DNA of 64,000 bases from a bacterium (GTDB lineage Bacteria; UBA8248): assembly GCA_965207065.1 (NCBI GenBank), contig OZ242260.1:4192001-4256000 (forward strand), in the 5' to 3' direction. Position 1 is the first letter of the stretch, and each line of letters starts with the position of its first letter. The notes beneath the pieces were generated by a model, which worked only from the letters and a program-made list of their open reading frames with translations, had not been told where the DNA came from and searched no databases. Position numbers and translations under genes: made by a program. Below are positions 49,518 to 59,641 of this stretch, in pieces.

Positions 49518-50378
49518 TCCCTCGTACACCGAACTCTCCTCGCCTCGCACTTCCGCCTGTGATTGGACGCGAACGAAGGATTCCTCTTTGTAGAGCCAGC
49601 GCCCGGTCAAGCGAACGAACCACCAGAAGAAATTACCGTTGATCTGGCTCTTGTGGGCGGTGAGCGCGCGAAATTTGCGGCGAAGCTGCCAGCGGATGTT
49701 CACGCGGGTGGTGATGACTTCATCCGGCGTACCGTACTTGTCCTCCCTGAAATCCGGATCGTCGAGCGGCGTTTTCTGTCCGAAAAACTTCATCCAGCGC
49801 CAGGCGCGCAGCATCTTCGAGCGTGACCACGCGGTGTGGTAGAACTTGGGGACGCGCCAGATATCTTGCCCTTCTTCGGGGAATCGAGCGGGGTCCGCGG
49901 CCGCCTCCAACGCCTCGGTGGTGACCTTGTTCGCCTTTAAGTGATCGGGATGTCCGTACCCGCCCTGCTCGTTGTAGGTGATGACCACGTCGGGGCGATA
50001 GCGGCGTATGTAGGCCACAATCCTGCCGACGACTTCATCCTCATCGGAGTTCTTGAACGCCTTGGGGTGCCCGTTGCCCTCCCAGCCGTCCATGCCCGAA
50101 TCGCGATAGCCCAAGGAGTGAACTTCCGAAATCCGCAAAATCCGCGCCGCACTTTCCAGCTCTTCGAGCCTGATCTCCCCGAGCCTGTCCTGGTCCGACT
50201 CGGATTCGGGGTCGAGGTTCACGCCGATATGCTCCATCTTGCCCATCTCGCCGTTGGTGCAGGTGACGAGTATGACGCGGTGGCCCTCGCGCGCGCTCTT
50301 TAGAATCAGACCGCCCGTACTGCTGCACTCATCGTCGGGGTGCGCATGAACAAGCATGAGGGTGAAGGATTTTGACAT
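49509..50378 (-). CDS. PIG-L family deacetylase (MshB/Mca-like)
   Basis: HAHPDDE, T.GE.G, YRDSGM, GGYGHPDH, AHKSQ. Confidence 0.9.
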   Translation of the reverse strand: MSKSFTLMLVHAHPDDECSSTGGLILKSAREGHRVILVTCTNGEMGKMEHIGVNLDPESESDQDRLGEIRLEELESAARILRISEVHSLGYRDSGMDGWEGNGHPKAFKNSDEDEVVGRIVAYIRRYRPDVVITYNEQGGYGHPDHLKANKVTTEALEAAADPARFPEEGQDIWRVPKFYHTAWSRSKMLRAWRWMKFFGQKTPLDDPDFREDKYGTPDEVITTRVNIRWQLRRKFRALTAHKSQINGNFFWWFVRLTGRWLYKEESFVRVQSQAEVRGEESSVYEGLS

Positions 50379-50450
50379 GGGTTCCGGACGCCCGGAGGCG
50401 CGAAAAAGGCCGCCGGAACGGAAACCGGCGGCCCTTGGAGGCGACGAATA

Positions 50451-51473
50451 CTAGTGGTGCTCCCAGGTATCTCCCGAATTCAAGAGCGTGTCGATATCGC
50501 CCTCGCCTTTCGCCTGGGCCGCGGCGACTTGATCCCCCATCAATCCCTCGAACGGCGGACGCTCCACCTTTCTCAGAACGCCCAGGGGCACGGGGCCGCC
50601 TTCGAGTTCGACCCGGCTCAGGATATGGGCGTAGCCGCCCGCCTCATCGTCCACGCGATGGACGGTGACGTCGGGAGAATCGGCCTCGACGACCCGGACC
50701 TTGTAATCATCCAGGGAGATTCCCTTGCGATCATCCTGCGGACCATAGACGAGGGGCTGGCCGTCTTCGAGATACATCACGTTCTGCTCTTTCATGCCTT
50801 TCTCGGTGAACTTGTGCCACGCGCCGTCGTTGAACACGATGCAGTTCTGCAGCACCTCGAGAAGCGACGTGCCCTCGTGGTTCGCCATCTCCTCGAACAT
50901 CGAGGCCATGTGCTTCTGATCCCTGTCCGTCGTGCGGGCCACAAAGCTGCACTCCGCTCCCAGGGCCAGCGTCAGCGGGTGGAGCGGATAGTCCACCGAA
51001 CCGGTGGGCGTGGATTTCGTGCGCGAGCCCAGAAGCGAGGTCGGCGAATACTGGCCCTTGGTCAATCCGTACACGCGGTTGTTGAAGAGAATGATCTTGA
51101 CGCCCACGTTGCGGCGCATGGAGTGAATCAGGTGGTTGCCGCCGATGGACAGCGCGTCGCCGTCGCCGCTGATGACCCAGACGGAGAGGTCCGGGTTGCT
51201 CACCTTCACGCCGGTGGCGAACGCCGGAGCGCGTCCGTGAATGGTGTGGAAACCGAAGGTGTCCATGTAGTAGGGAAAGCGCGCCGCGCAGCCGATACCG
51301 GATACGAAAACGAACTTCTCGCGCGGAATCTCGAGCGTCGGCAGCACCTTCTGCATCTGCGCCAGTATCGCGTAGTCACCGCAACCCGGGCACCAGCGCA
51401 CGACCTGGTCGGACTGAAAATCCTTGCGGGTGAGGCCCAACCCACCGCCATTCTTGGCTGTCGTCGTAGACAT
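50451..51473 (-). CDS. korB: 2-oxoacid:ferredoxin oxidoreductase beta subunit
   Basis: WCPGCGD, SGIGC, IHGR, GDGD..SIGGNH, NN.VYGLTKGQ.SPT. Confidence 0.93.
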   Translation of the reverse strand: MSTTTAKNGGGLGLTRKDFQSDQVVRWCPGCGDYAILAQMQKVLPTLEIPREKFVFVSGIGCAARFPYYMDTFGFHTIHGRAPAFATGVKVSNPDLSVWVISGDGDALSIGGNHLIHSMRRNVGVKIILFNNRVYGLTKGQYSPTSLLGSRTKSTPTGSVDYPLHPLTLALGAECSFVARTTDRDQKHMASMFEEMANHEGTSLLEVLQNCIVFNDGAWHKFTEKGMKEQNVMYLEDGQPLVYGPQDDRKGISLDDYKVRVVEADSPDVTVHRVDDEAGGYAHILSRVELEGGPVPLGVLRKVERPPFEGLMGDQVAAAQAKGEGDIDTLLNSGDTWEHH

Positions 51474-53330
51474 TTAGAGTAACTCCTCAATCTTGGTAAT
51501 CAGTTCGCCGACCTTGAAGGGCTTTCCTTGAATTTTGTTGAAGCTGATCGTATCGACCAGGTACTGGTAGCGGAGCATTTTGGAGAGTTGACCCAAGTTC
51601 AACTCGGGGACGAGAATTTTCTCGAAATTGCCGAGCACTTCTTCGAGGTTCGCCGGGAAGGGGTTGAGATGGCGCAGGTGAACCTGCGATACAGAGGCGC
51701 CACGGGCCTGCAGGGCCTCGATGGCCGCCGTGATGGCGCCGAAGGTGCCGCCCCAGCCGATGACGAGAACCTTGCCGCTCTCCTCGCCGATGACCTCCGC
51801 GGGCGGGATGTCCTTCGCAATCCCTGCGATCTTCTCGTCACGCGTGCGCACCATGAACTCGTGGTTCTCAGGCTCATAGTTGACGTTGCCGGTCTGGTCT
51901 TCCTTCTCGATCCCGCCGATTCTGTGCTCGAGCCCGGGCGTCCCGGGAATCGCCCACGGACGGGCCATCGTTTCCGGGTCCCGAAGATAGGGCAGGAACC
52001 CTTCCGGGTCCGTCCTGTAGGTCACCGGCATCTCGGGAATATCCTCCGCCTTGGGCAGAAGCCAGGGTTCCGAGCCGTTGGCCAGGTAGCCGTCACTCAG
52101 GACCACCACCGGCGTCATGTATTTCACCGCCAGGCGGCTCGCTTCTATTGCCGTCCAGAAGCAGTCTCCCGGCGTGGCCGCCGCCACGATCGGCAGCGGG
52201 CTTTCGCTGTTGCGCCCGAACATCACCTGGAGCAGGTCGGCCTGCTCGGTCTTCGTAGGCAGGCCCGTGCTGGGGCCGCCGCGCTGGATGTTGGCGATGA
52301 CCATGGGAAGCTCCGTCATCACGCCGAGACCCATGGCCTCGGCCTTGAGAGCGATACCTGGGCCGCTCGAACACGTCACGCCGAGCGAGCCTGTGAACGA
52401 AGCGCCAAGCGCCGCGGAGACGGCCGCGATTTCATCTTCGGCCTGGAAGGTCTGCACGCCGAAATTCTTGTGGCGGGAAAGTTCGTGGAGAACGTCGCTG
52501 GCCGGCGTGATCGGATAGGCACCCCAGAAGAGGTTGATACCCATCTTCTTCGTCGCCGCGATGAAGCCGTAGGCCAGGGCGACGTTGCCCGAGATGTTCC
52601 TGTATTTGCCGGGCGGATAGGTCGCCTCGCGCACGATGTAGTTGCTGGTGAAGACCTCGGTGTTCTCTCCGAAGAAATACCCGGCTTCTAACGCGCGCGT
52701 GTTGGCCTGCACGAACTCGGGGCGTTTCCCGAATTTCTCCTCGATCCACTGCTTCGTCGGATCCAGCGGACGCGAGTACATCCAGTACATCAGGCCCAGC
52801 GCGAAGAAGTTCTTGCACCGATCCGCCAGGTTGGACTGCAGCTCCATGTCTTCCAGGGCCTGTCGCGTCATGGAGGTGATCTTCACCTCGTGGATGTCGT
52901 AGTTGCCCTTGAACTCCTCATCCTCGAGGGGGTTGGACTCATAACCGGCCTTGGCCAGGTTTTTCTGGCCGAAGTTGTCCACGTTCGCGATGATGATGCC
53001 CCCGCTCTTCAAATCGACGAGGCTCGTCTTGAGCGCGGCCGGGTTCATCGCCACGAGTACGTCAACGGCGTCGCCCGGGGTGTGGATGTCCTTGCTCGAG
53101 AAGTTGATCTGGAACCCGCTCACTCCGGCAAGGGTTCCGACGGGCGCGCGAATCTCGGCGGGAAAGTCGGGGAACGTGCTCAGATCGTTCCCGGCGATGG
53201 CCGCTGCGTTCGTGAACCTGTCTCCGGTGAGCTGCATTCCGTCGCCGGAGTCGCCGGCAAATCGAATCGCCACCGTTTCGAGTTCAACAAGCTGCTTCTC
53301 AGCCCCGTTTTTACCTGAAGACTCAGCCAT
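51474..53330 (-). CDS. korA: 2-oxoacid:ferredoxin oxidoreductase alpha(+gamma) subunit
   Basis: AGDSGDG, YPITPAS, QAEDEI, SSGPG, QRGGPSTGLPTKTEQ. Confidence 0.93.
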   Translation of the reverse strand: MAESSGKNGAEKQLVELETVAIRFAGDSGDGMQLTGDRFTNAAAIAGNDLSTFPDFPAEIRAPVGTLAGVSGFQINFSSKDIHTPGDAVDVLVAMNPAALKTSLVDLKSGGIIIANVDNFGQKNLAKAGYESNPLEDEEFKGNYDIHEVKITSMTRQALEDMELQSNLADRCKNFFALGLMYWMYSRPLDPTKQWIEEKFGKRPEFVQANTRALEAGYFFGENTEVFTSNYIVREATYPPGKYRNISGNVALAYGFIAATKKMGINLFWGAYPITPASDVLHELSRHKNFGVQTFQAEDEIAAVSAALGASFTGSLGVTCSSGPGIALKAEAMGLGVMTELPMVIANIQRGGPSTGLPTKTEQADLLQVMFGRNSESPLPIVAAATPGDCFWTAIEASRLAVKYMTPVVVLSDGYLANGSEPWLLPKAEDIPEMPVTYRTDPEGFLPYLRDPETMARPWAIPGTPGLEHRIGGIEKEDQTGNVNYEPENHEFMVRTRDEKIAGIAKDIPPAEVIGEESGKVLVIGWGGTFGAITAAIEALQARGASVSQVHLRHLNPFPANLEEVLGNFEKILVPELNLGQLSKMLRYQYLVDTISFNKIQGKPFKVGELITKIEELL

Positions 53331-53482
53331 TGGTTTGGATGTCCTTTAATTGGATGTATCTTGTATAGGAAAATTCGTGGAGGGTTTCATTCACTGAGAA
53401 ATACCATATGTCATGCATATTTTTTTTGGGCATGTCCATTCGAGTCCGAGTGGCGATTCATACATCAACCAGCCGATCGCGA

Positions 53483-53511
53483 ATTATGCGGAAATCATTC
53501 AAAGCCGTCAA
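53483..53511 (-). promoter_or_regulatory. Putative sigma70 promoter for korAB
   Basis: Minus strand TTGACG-17 nt-CATAAT. Confidence 0.6.
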
Positions 53512-53547
53512 CGCAAATTCAACTTTTTTTCAAAAAAATCAAATACA

Positions 53548-54123
53548 TCAGCCCGCACGGGAGCCGTCGAGGCCCAAATCCTCAGCCGCCCCCTGCATGG
53601 CCTCCAGCGTGAAGGCGACGTGCTCCTCCAGCGGCACCCCGAGCTCCGAGGCTCCCAGCTCCACATCCGCACGATTCACGCCCTTGGCGAAATTCTTGTC
53701 CTTCCATTTTTTCCGGATGCTTCGCGGCTTCACCTGGCGGATGTCTTTCGCAGGGTTCACCAGGGCGACGGCGGTGATGAGGCCCACCAGTTCATCCACG
53801 GCGAAGAGCGCCTGGGCGAGGCGCGTCTCCCGGGGGACGTTCAGGTACTGCGCGTGCCCCAGAATCGCCTGTATCATTTCTTCGGGATAACCCGCCTCGC
53901 GCAGTACCGCGCAGCCGGTCTCGGGGTGTTCTTCGGGTGAGGGGTGCTTTTCGTAATCCATGTCGTGCAGCAGGCCGGTGACGCTCCAGAGCGCCTCGTC
54001 TTCTCCGTATTTCCTCGCATAAGCAAGCAAAGCGGCCTCCACCGCCCGGGCGTGCGCTCTCAGGCCCGGGCTTTTCGTCCACTCGAATAAAAGCGCCTCG
54101 GCGCTTGCGCGATCCAGTTCCAC
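53548..54123 (-). CDS. HD-domain (HDIG) phosphohydrolase-like protein
   Basis: L.AH..AVE, GLLHDMDYE, AILGH, DEL.G, FAKGVNR; GTG start after GGGAG. Confidence 0.88.
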   Translation of the reverse strand: MELDRASAEALLFEWTKSPGLRAHARAVEAALLAYARKYGEDEALWSVTGLLHDMDYEKHPSPEEHPETGCAVLREAGYPEEMIQAILGHAQYLNVPRETRLAQALFAVDELVGLITAVALVNPAKDIRQVKPRSIRKKWKDKNFAKGVNRADVELGASELGVPLEEHVAFTLEAMQGAAEDLGLDGSRAG

Positions 54124-54338
54124 GCTCGACTCCCCTCCCTCACGATGATGAAACAAAGAGATGACCAATCAAAGAAACAAGATAACTCTGTTGCCGTCAT
54201 TAAACCTTGCGCTTCGGCCCGCTTTCCGTCAAGGCGCACAGCCTCGCTTGAGGCGCTTTGGATGTGGTACATATTCCCCCCAAGACATTTTCCAACAAAA
54301 TTCCGTGCAGCAGAAGAAATTTTTTCAGGGAGAAAGCC

Positions 54339-55571
54339 ATGCTCTACAACAGGGAACGCGCGCTGGAACTGATGAGAGAACACGACGTGGCGGCCATGAT
54401 CGGCACGACGCTCGAAAACGTCACCTACCTGACGGGCCACATCGGCTGGGCGCAGCGGGTCTACCGCGCGCGCAAAAGCTACGGCGTGATGACCAACGAC
54501 CCGGACGCCGGCACCGACCTCATCATGAACCGCGCGGACAACACCTATTACGCCGCCTACGGCGGTCACGCGGAGAACGTCTACGTCTGGGGCGGACAGG
54601 CGAACCACATCGAGCCGGAGGGCTACGAGCCGCATGATGAGGAGATGAGGCGCTACCGCGAACTCCACGCGAGCGGGGCGAAACACGCCACCCTGCTCGA
54701 CGGGCTCCTCGCCGCGCTCAGGGACCGGGGCATCACCTCCGGCAGAGTCGCCCTCGATGAGGAAGGCTGCCCGGACAGCCTGTTCGCGACCTTGAAAGAA
54801 AAACTACCCAATTGTGAATTCATCCCCGGCTCGGGACTGTTCCTGATGACGCGGCTCGTCAAGACGGCGGATGAGCTCGACCGCCTGCGCGAGGCGGCGC
54901 AGGTGAACGAAGACGCCATCACCAAGGTTTTCGAATTCGTGCGCGAGGGTGTGAGCGAGCGCGAGGTGGCCGAGGTCTGGCGGCAGGAGGTGGCCCGGCC
55001 CGGCGGCATGTGGCACTGGTTCCACTTCAACTCCGGTCCGAGGGGCGTCTTCATCTTCCCGCCCACCGACAGAAAGCTCCAAAAGGGCGACGGATTCATG
55101 TTCGACGCCGGCCTGTTTCATAAGAACTACAACGCCGACACGGGAAGCTGCGGCTCCATCGGCGAGCCGAGCGCGCGCGTGCAGCGCGAGTGGAAGGGTG
55201 TCGAAGAAGGCTTCCACGAGTGCCTGGAGGTAATCAAGGCCGGCTGCACGGGCAACCAGATCTATCAAGCGCTGGTCAAGGGAATCCAGTCGCGCTTCCC
55301 CGAGTTCGACGCCCCGTTCGCCGGGCACACGATTGGCCTGGAAGCCAGGGAGTTCCCCTTCATCCTGGGGCCCGAATCGAAGCACAACCAGCCTTTCTAC
55401 CCGGAAACCTCCGAGATCCCCTACCCCGTCGATTCGGTGATCAACATCGAGGCGCCCATCGGCACGTTCGGACAGGGAGGCTACCAGATCGAATACTCGG
55501 TCGTCGTGAAGGAAAACGGCTGGGAGATGCTCATTCCCCAGGACAGGAGTTTCAGGGTCATCGACGCGTGA
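54339..55571 (+). CDS. M24 family protein, paralog 3
   Basis: ENVTYLTG, RLVKT.DE, FDAG...Y.AD, GHTIGLE, NIE, QIE. Confidence 0.88.
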   Translation: MLYNRERALELMREHDVAAMIGTTLENVTYLTGHIGWAQRVYRARKSYGVMTNDPDAGTDLIMNRADNTYYAAYGGHAENVYVWGGQANHIEPEGYEPHDEEMRRYRELHASGAKHATLLDGLLAALRDRGITSGRVALDEEGCPDSLFATLKEKLPNCEFIPGSGLFLMTRLVKTADELDRLREAAQVNEDAITKVFEFVREGVSEREVAEVWRQEVARPGGMWHWFHFNSGPRGVFIFPPTDRKLQKGDGFMFDAGLFHKNYNADTGSCGSIGEPSARVQREWKGVEEGFHECLEVIKAGCTGNQIYQALVKGIQSRFPEFDAPFAGHTIGLEAREFPFILGPESKHNQPFYPETSEIPYPVDSVINIEAPIGTFGQGGYQIEYSVVVKENGWEMLIPQDRSFRVIDA

Positions 55572-55599
55572 TTGGTATATGCGGGGAGGGTGCGACATC

Positions 55600-55866
55600 G
55601 GACAGGCACAGGGGCCTGTCCCTACGGAAACTGCGCATATCGAAAAGTAAAAAAATCGGTAGGGGCGGCCCCCTGTGGCCGCCCTGCCTCCCGTTTGATT
55701 GGTTGTTGTGTAGGGACAGTTCCTCTCTATTGATTGTATCCATCCTGAAAAGGACAATCACGGGGAGTTGTGCCTATCCAATTCAATAAATTATGTAGGG
55801 GCCGCATATCATGCGGCCCTACCTTTCCGCCTTCACAATACGGGTCGCATGATATGCGACCCCTAC
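55600..55866. repeat. Cluster of several GTAG-type REP classes
   Basis: GGACAGGC..CCTGTCCCTAC; GTAGGGGCGGCC..GGCCGCCC; inverted pair GTAGGGGCCGCATATCATGCGGCCC / GGGTCGCATGATATGCGACCCCTAC. Confidence 0.85.
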
Positions 55867-56049
55867 ACATGCCGAACCACAAAACCGAAATGACGATGCC
55901 AAATCTCGTTAGATGAGGGGGAGCCGTTTTCGCGGCCACCTTCCACCAACGCCTAGACACGCCGAACGAGTAATTCCCACAATTGACCTGGACAGGAAAA
56001 TAATGTGAGATAGGCGGGTCGCCACATTTCTCTAGCCTGGAGAAAGCCG

Positions 56050-57282
56050 ATGCCCCAAAACTACGACCTTCTGCCAAGACGCGATTTTATCCGAAAAAGC
56101 GCTTTCGCCGGCCTCGGCGCCGGACTCCTGCCCTTCGCGCGCGCCATGAACGCGGACGCCGCGCAGAACCGGGTTCAACGCTACGTCACCTTGGGCAAGA
56201 CGGACATCAAGATGTCCGATATCTCGTTCGGCAGCAGCCGGCTCGGCTCAGACGAGGAAAACCTCGTACACCACGCGCTCGATCTGGGGATCAACTATTT
56301 CGACACCGCCGAGAGCTATTCCTGGGGGGAATCGGAGACCACCATCGGCCGCGCGCTCAAGGGGAAACGCCACAAGGTCTACATCGCGTCCAAAACGCAC
56401 GCGGGACCGAGCGACGACAAAGCCTCGATGATGCGCTCTTTAGAGCAGAGCCTCCAGAAACTCCAGACCGACTACGTGGACGTCTACTTCAACCACGCGG
56501 TGAACGACGTGGACAGGATGAAGAACCCCGAGTGGAGCGAGTTCGTCGCTCTCGCGAAAAAACAGGGGAAAATCCGCTATTCCGGCATGTCGGGCCATGC
56601 GGGCAACCTGATCGAGTGCCTCGATTACTGCACCGACAACAGCGTCGTGGACGTATATCTCGTGGCCTACAACTTCGGGCAGGACCCGGCCTTCTACCAG
56701 CGGTTCACGCGCGGGTTCGACTTCATCGCCAGATTCCCGAAACTGCCCCTGGCCCTTGCGCGGGCGAAAGCCAAAGGCATCGGAGTCATCGCCATGAAGA
56801 CGCTCATGGGCGCACGCCTGAACGACATGCGGCCCTTCGAGAAAGGCGGCGCCACCTATTCGCAGGCCGCCTTCCGCTGGGTGCTCTCGAACCCCAACGT
56901 GGACTCGCTCATCATCTCGATGACGAGCAAGGAGAACATCACCGAGTTCGTGGGCGGCTCTGGCTGGAAAAAGATATCGCGCCGCGAGGTGCCGATCTTG
57001 AAGAAATACGCGCGGCTCAACGGAACCTCCTACTGCCGCCATGCGTGCAACGACTGCGCGGGCGCGTGCCCGGAGAACGTGCCCATCGCGGACGTGCTCC
57101 GCACCCGCATGTATGCGACCGACTATGAGGACGTGCGGTTCGCCAAGGCCGAGTACTCCATGCTGGGCGCGGGCGCTTCGGCGTGCCTCACCTGCAGCCA
57201 CCAAAGCTGCGCCGGCTCCTGCACGCACGGGCTGCCCATCGAGAAGATGACCGCGCCGACCCACGAACTGCTCACGGTATAG
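56050..57282 (+). CDS. Aldo/keto reductase with Tat signal and C-terminal Fe-S Cys motifs
   Basis: PRRDFIRK twin-Arg; INYFDTAESY, ASK, SL.KLQTDYVD; CRHACNDCAGACP and CLTC...CAGSC. Confidence 0.88.
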   Translation: MPQNYDLLPRRDFIRKSAFAGLGAGLLPFARAMNADAAQNRVQRYVTLGKTDIKMSDISFGSSRLGSDEENLVHHALDLGINYFDTAESYSWGESETTIGRALKGKRHKVYIASKTHAGPSDDKASMMRSLEQSLQKLQTDYVDVYFNHAVNDVDRMKNPEWSEFVALAKKQGKIRYSGMSGHAGNLIECLDYCTDNSVVDVYLVAYNFGQDPAFYQRFTRGFDFIARFPKLPLALARAKAKGIGVIAMKTLMGARLNDMRPFEKGGATYSQAAFRWVLSNPNVDSLIISMTSKENITEFVGGSGWKKISRREVPILKKYARLNGTSYCRHACNDCAGACPENVPIADVLRTRMYATDYEDVRFAKAEYSMLGAGASACLTCSHQSCAGSCTHGLPIEKMTAPTHELLTV

Positions 57283-57318
57283 GCCAGGCCGCCGTATAGG
57301 CGTCTCAAGAAAAGGCGA

Positions 57319-58272
57319 GTGGCCCCGGTGCGCTCGGCCGCCTTTCGACATATCGGGAGAAGCCCCATCGACATCGCCATCACTGGTGCGAACGGCGCCG
57401 TCGGCAAAGCGCTCATCGAACGCTTAAGCTCCAATACGGCCAACAGTCCATTGCGTCTGCGCGCGCTCGTCCGGGACCTGGGGCGAAGCGCGAATCTGCG
57501 CAATCTTCCTGCAGAGTTAATAGAAGTGGACTACGACGACACAGATAGCCTCGCGCAAGCCGTGGACGGCGCCGACTGCGTGGCGCATCTTGCGGGTTCT
57601 CTGGTTCCGAGAGCGGGCGATTCCCTGCTCCAGTCGAACCTGCTCACCACGAAGAACGTAGCCGAGGCGAGTAAAGGCTGCGGCGTCAAATCCTTCGTTT
57701 ATTTAAGTTTTCCGGGCGCGGACGCACGCTCTCAAAACGAATATATAAGGACGAAAGGCCAGGCCGAGGACGTGATTGAGGAGAATTTCGGGTCGGGCGC
57801 CATTTTCCGCGTGCCGATGATTCTGGGGACAGACACTCCTGCGATGAACCAGATAAAACGCCTGCTCAGCTCTTCCGTGGTCCCCCTCGTGGCGGGCGGC
57901 GCGGTGCGGATACAGCCGATATACCTGGGCGACGTTCTGAGCGCTGTCGATTGGGCGATTCATCATTTTGATGCGCCGCTCACGCGGGTGAACCTCGTGG
58001 GGCCGGAGACCCTGCTCTACCGCGAACTGCTCATTCGCGCCGGGCGGAGGCTCGGCAAACGGCCCCGCATCCTGACGATTCCGAGGGGGCCGGCCCGGCT
58101 TGCGTCGGGCATCATCAGCCGCCTCTCGCCCTCCTCCCCCATGAGCCGCACTGTATTCGACGTTATATTCTACGAGCATCTGTGCAACGATGAGGAAGCC
58201 GGAAGCGACGCGCCCATCACCCGCACGGGCGTCGACGAGATTCTGGACCTCTCGCTGCCGCACCGCGAATAG
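57319..58272 (+). CDS. NAD-dependent epimerase/dehydratase (NDUFA9-like atypical SDR)
   Basis: ITGANGAVG, HLAG, YIRTK, QPIY..DV; start codon uncertain. Confidence 0.8.
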   Translation: MAPVRSAAFRHIGRSPIDIAITGANGAVGKALIERLSSNTANSPLRLRALVRDLGRSANLRNLPAELIEVDYDDTDSLAQAVDGADCVAHLAGSLVPRAGDSLLQSNLLTTKNVAEASKGCGVKSFVYLSFPGADARSQNEYIRTKGQAEDVIEENFGSGAIFRVPMILGTDTPAMNQIKRLLSSSVVPLVAGGAVRIQPIYLGDVLSAVDWAIHHFDAPLTRVNLVGPETLLYRELLIRAGRRLGKRPRILTIPRGPARLASGIISRLSPSSPMSRTVFDVIFYEHLCNDEEAGSDAPITRTGVDEILDLSLPHRE

Positions 58273-58298
58273 CCGCTGCGCCTTCAAGGAGTTTCGCA

Positions 58299-59240
58299 TT
58301 GGAGCAAAACCAGGATACGCATCAATCGGGCAAAGCCGGACGACTCATCCCCATCGCCCTCACGGTCGTGATCTTCGTCATCATCTTCTGGCGGGTACCC
58401 TTCCACGAGTTCGTCCTCGCGATATCCAAGGCGAGGCTCGCGCCCTTTCTCGTGCTGATGGGGTGTTTTTCCATCTGTTTTTTCCTGATGGACACCTTCG
58501 TCCTGAGCCGAATGATCCGCTGGTTCCACGGCCCGCTAACGTTCCCTACGCTGCTGCCCGTGCGCGCCGTCACCTACGTCGTCTCCATCATCAACACCCA
58601 ACTCGCACAGGTGGCGCTGGCGCTTTATTTTCACCGCAGGTTCCAGACCCCGCTCGCCGAGATCACAAGCACAGTCGCCATGCTCATCCTGCTGGAAGTC
58701 ACGAACCTGATTTCCTTCGCCACGGTCGGCCTCATCGCCTTTCCGGGCGGCGCGCCGCTCTTCCTGTTCGTCCTGCCCGCCGGGCTCGCCTGTTGCTGGC
58801 TGCTCATCACCCAGGTGGCGCGGGGGGGACTGGGCGTGGTCGGAGCGAAAATCGGCGGCCACACCCTGCTCAACACCTTCCGGGCGGTTCGCTTCGGGCA
58901 GGGCCTCACCATCCTGGCGCTAAAGGGCTCCGTATTCCTCCTTTCGCTTTTCGTGCACAAATACGCCCTGACGCTCTTCGGGATGGACATTCCGCTGCTG
59001 CAGCTTCTCACGTTTCTGCCGCTCGTCTTCATGATAGGGGCGCTTCCGGTGACGGTGGCGCATCTGGGCACCTCCCAGGCCGCATGGATATTCTTCTTCA
59101 AGGACTATGCGCCCGAGGCGGACCTGCTCGCCTACAGTCTCGTATCGCATCTCACCTTCATGCTGGCGAACGGGACGATCGGCTTGCTGTTCATGCCGAA
59201 GGCGTATTCGGATCTGTTCGGAAAGAGGCGCGCCGCCTGA
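58299..59240 (+). CDS. Lysylphosphatidylglycerol synthase TM/flippase-like membrane protein
   Basis: About 8 TM helices; LPVTVAHLGT.Q motif typical of UPF0104. Confidence 0.75.
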   Translation: MEQNQDTHQSGKAGRLIPIALTVVIFVIIFWRVPFHEFVLAISKARLAPFLVLMGCFSICFFLMDTFVLSRMIRWFHGPLTFPTLLPVRAVTYVVSIINTQLAQVALALYFHRRFQTPLAEITSTVAMLILLEVTNLISFATVGLIAFPGGAPLFLFVLPAGLACCWLLITQVARGGLGVVGAKIGGHTLLNTFRAVRFGQGLTILALKGSVFLLSLFVHKYALTLFGMDIPLLQLLTFLPLVFMIGALPVTVAHLGTSQAAWIFFFKDYAPEADLLAYSLVSHLTFMLANGTIGLLFMPKAYSDLFGKRRAA

Positions 59241-59245
59241 GGGGG

Positions 59246-59641
59246 GGGGTGTTGGAAAAGGCCACTGAAGGAGCGCGCTAATTTTCACTCCCCCCTTGAG
59301 GGGGAGACCCATAAAAGCAACCCCCCCTACCCCCCCTTGTCAGGGGGGTATAAAAAGGCGAAATCCCTCGCCGGGTGGGTAGAAGGGCTTTGCTTTTTCT
59401 TGCCCCCCTGACAAGGGGGGGTAGGGGGGGTTGCTTTTCAAGGCAGAGGGAGGACGAGCGGGGCGGGTTTTTCATCGGGCATTCCCCTCGGGATGCCCGA
59501 CCCCTCAAGGGGGGAGTGATTGTTTGGTGCTTTGCAAGGTGAGAATGTTTTTGGCCCGACCCCCAAGGGGAGAGCAATTCTTCTCTCTCCCCGGCAGGGG
59601 ATATACCCCCGAATCATGAAATCAGGTCTTTTTCAGGTTCC
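59246..59641. mobile_element. Composite element copy 7 (three nested inverted-repeat layers)
   Basis: Degenerate outer ends enclose a module B IR (about 59285/59519), which encloses a module C IR (about 59313/59438). Confidence 0.8.

Noticed and set aside
50451..53330. korAB plus sdh/frd as evidence of a reverse TCA cycle
   Set aside because: Both are common in heterotrophs, and no citrate-cleaving enzyme is in the window
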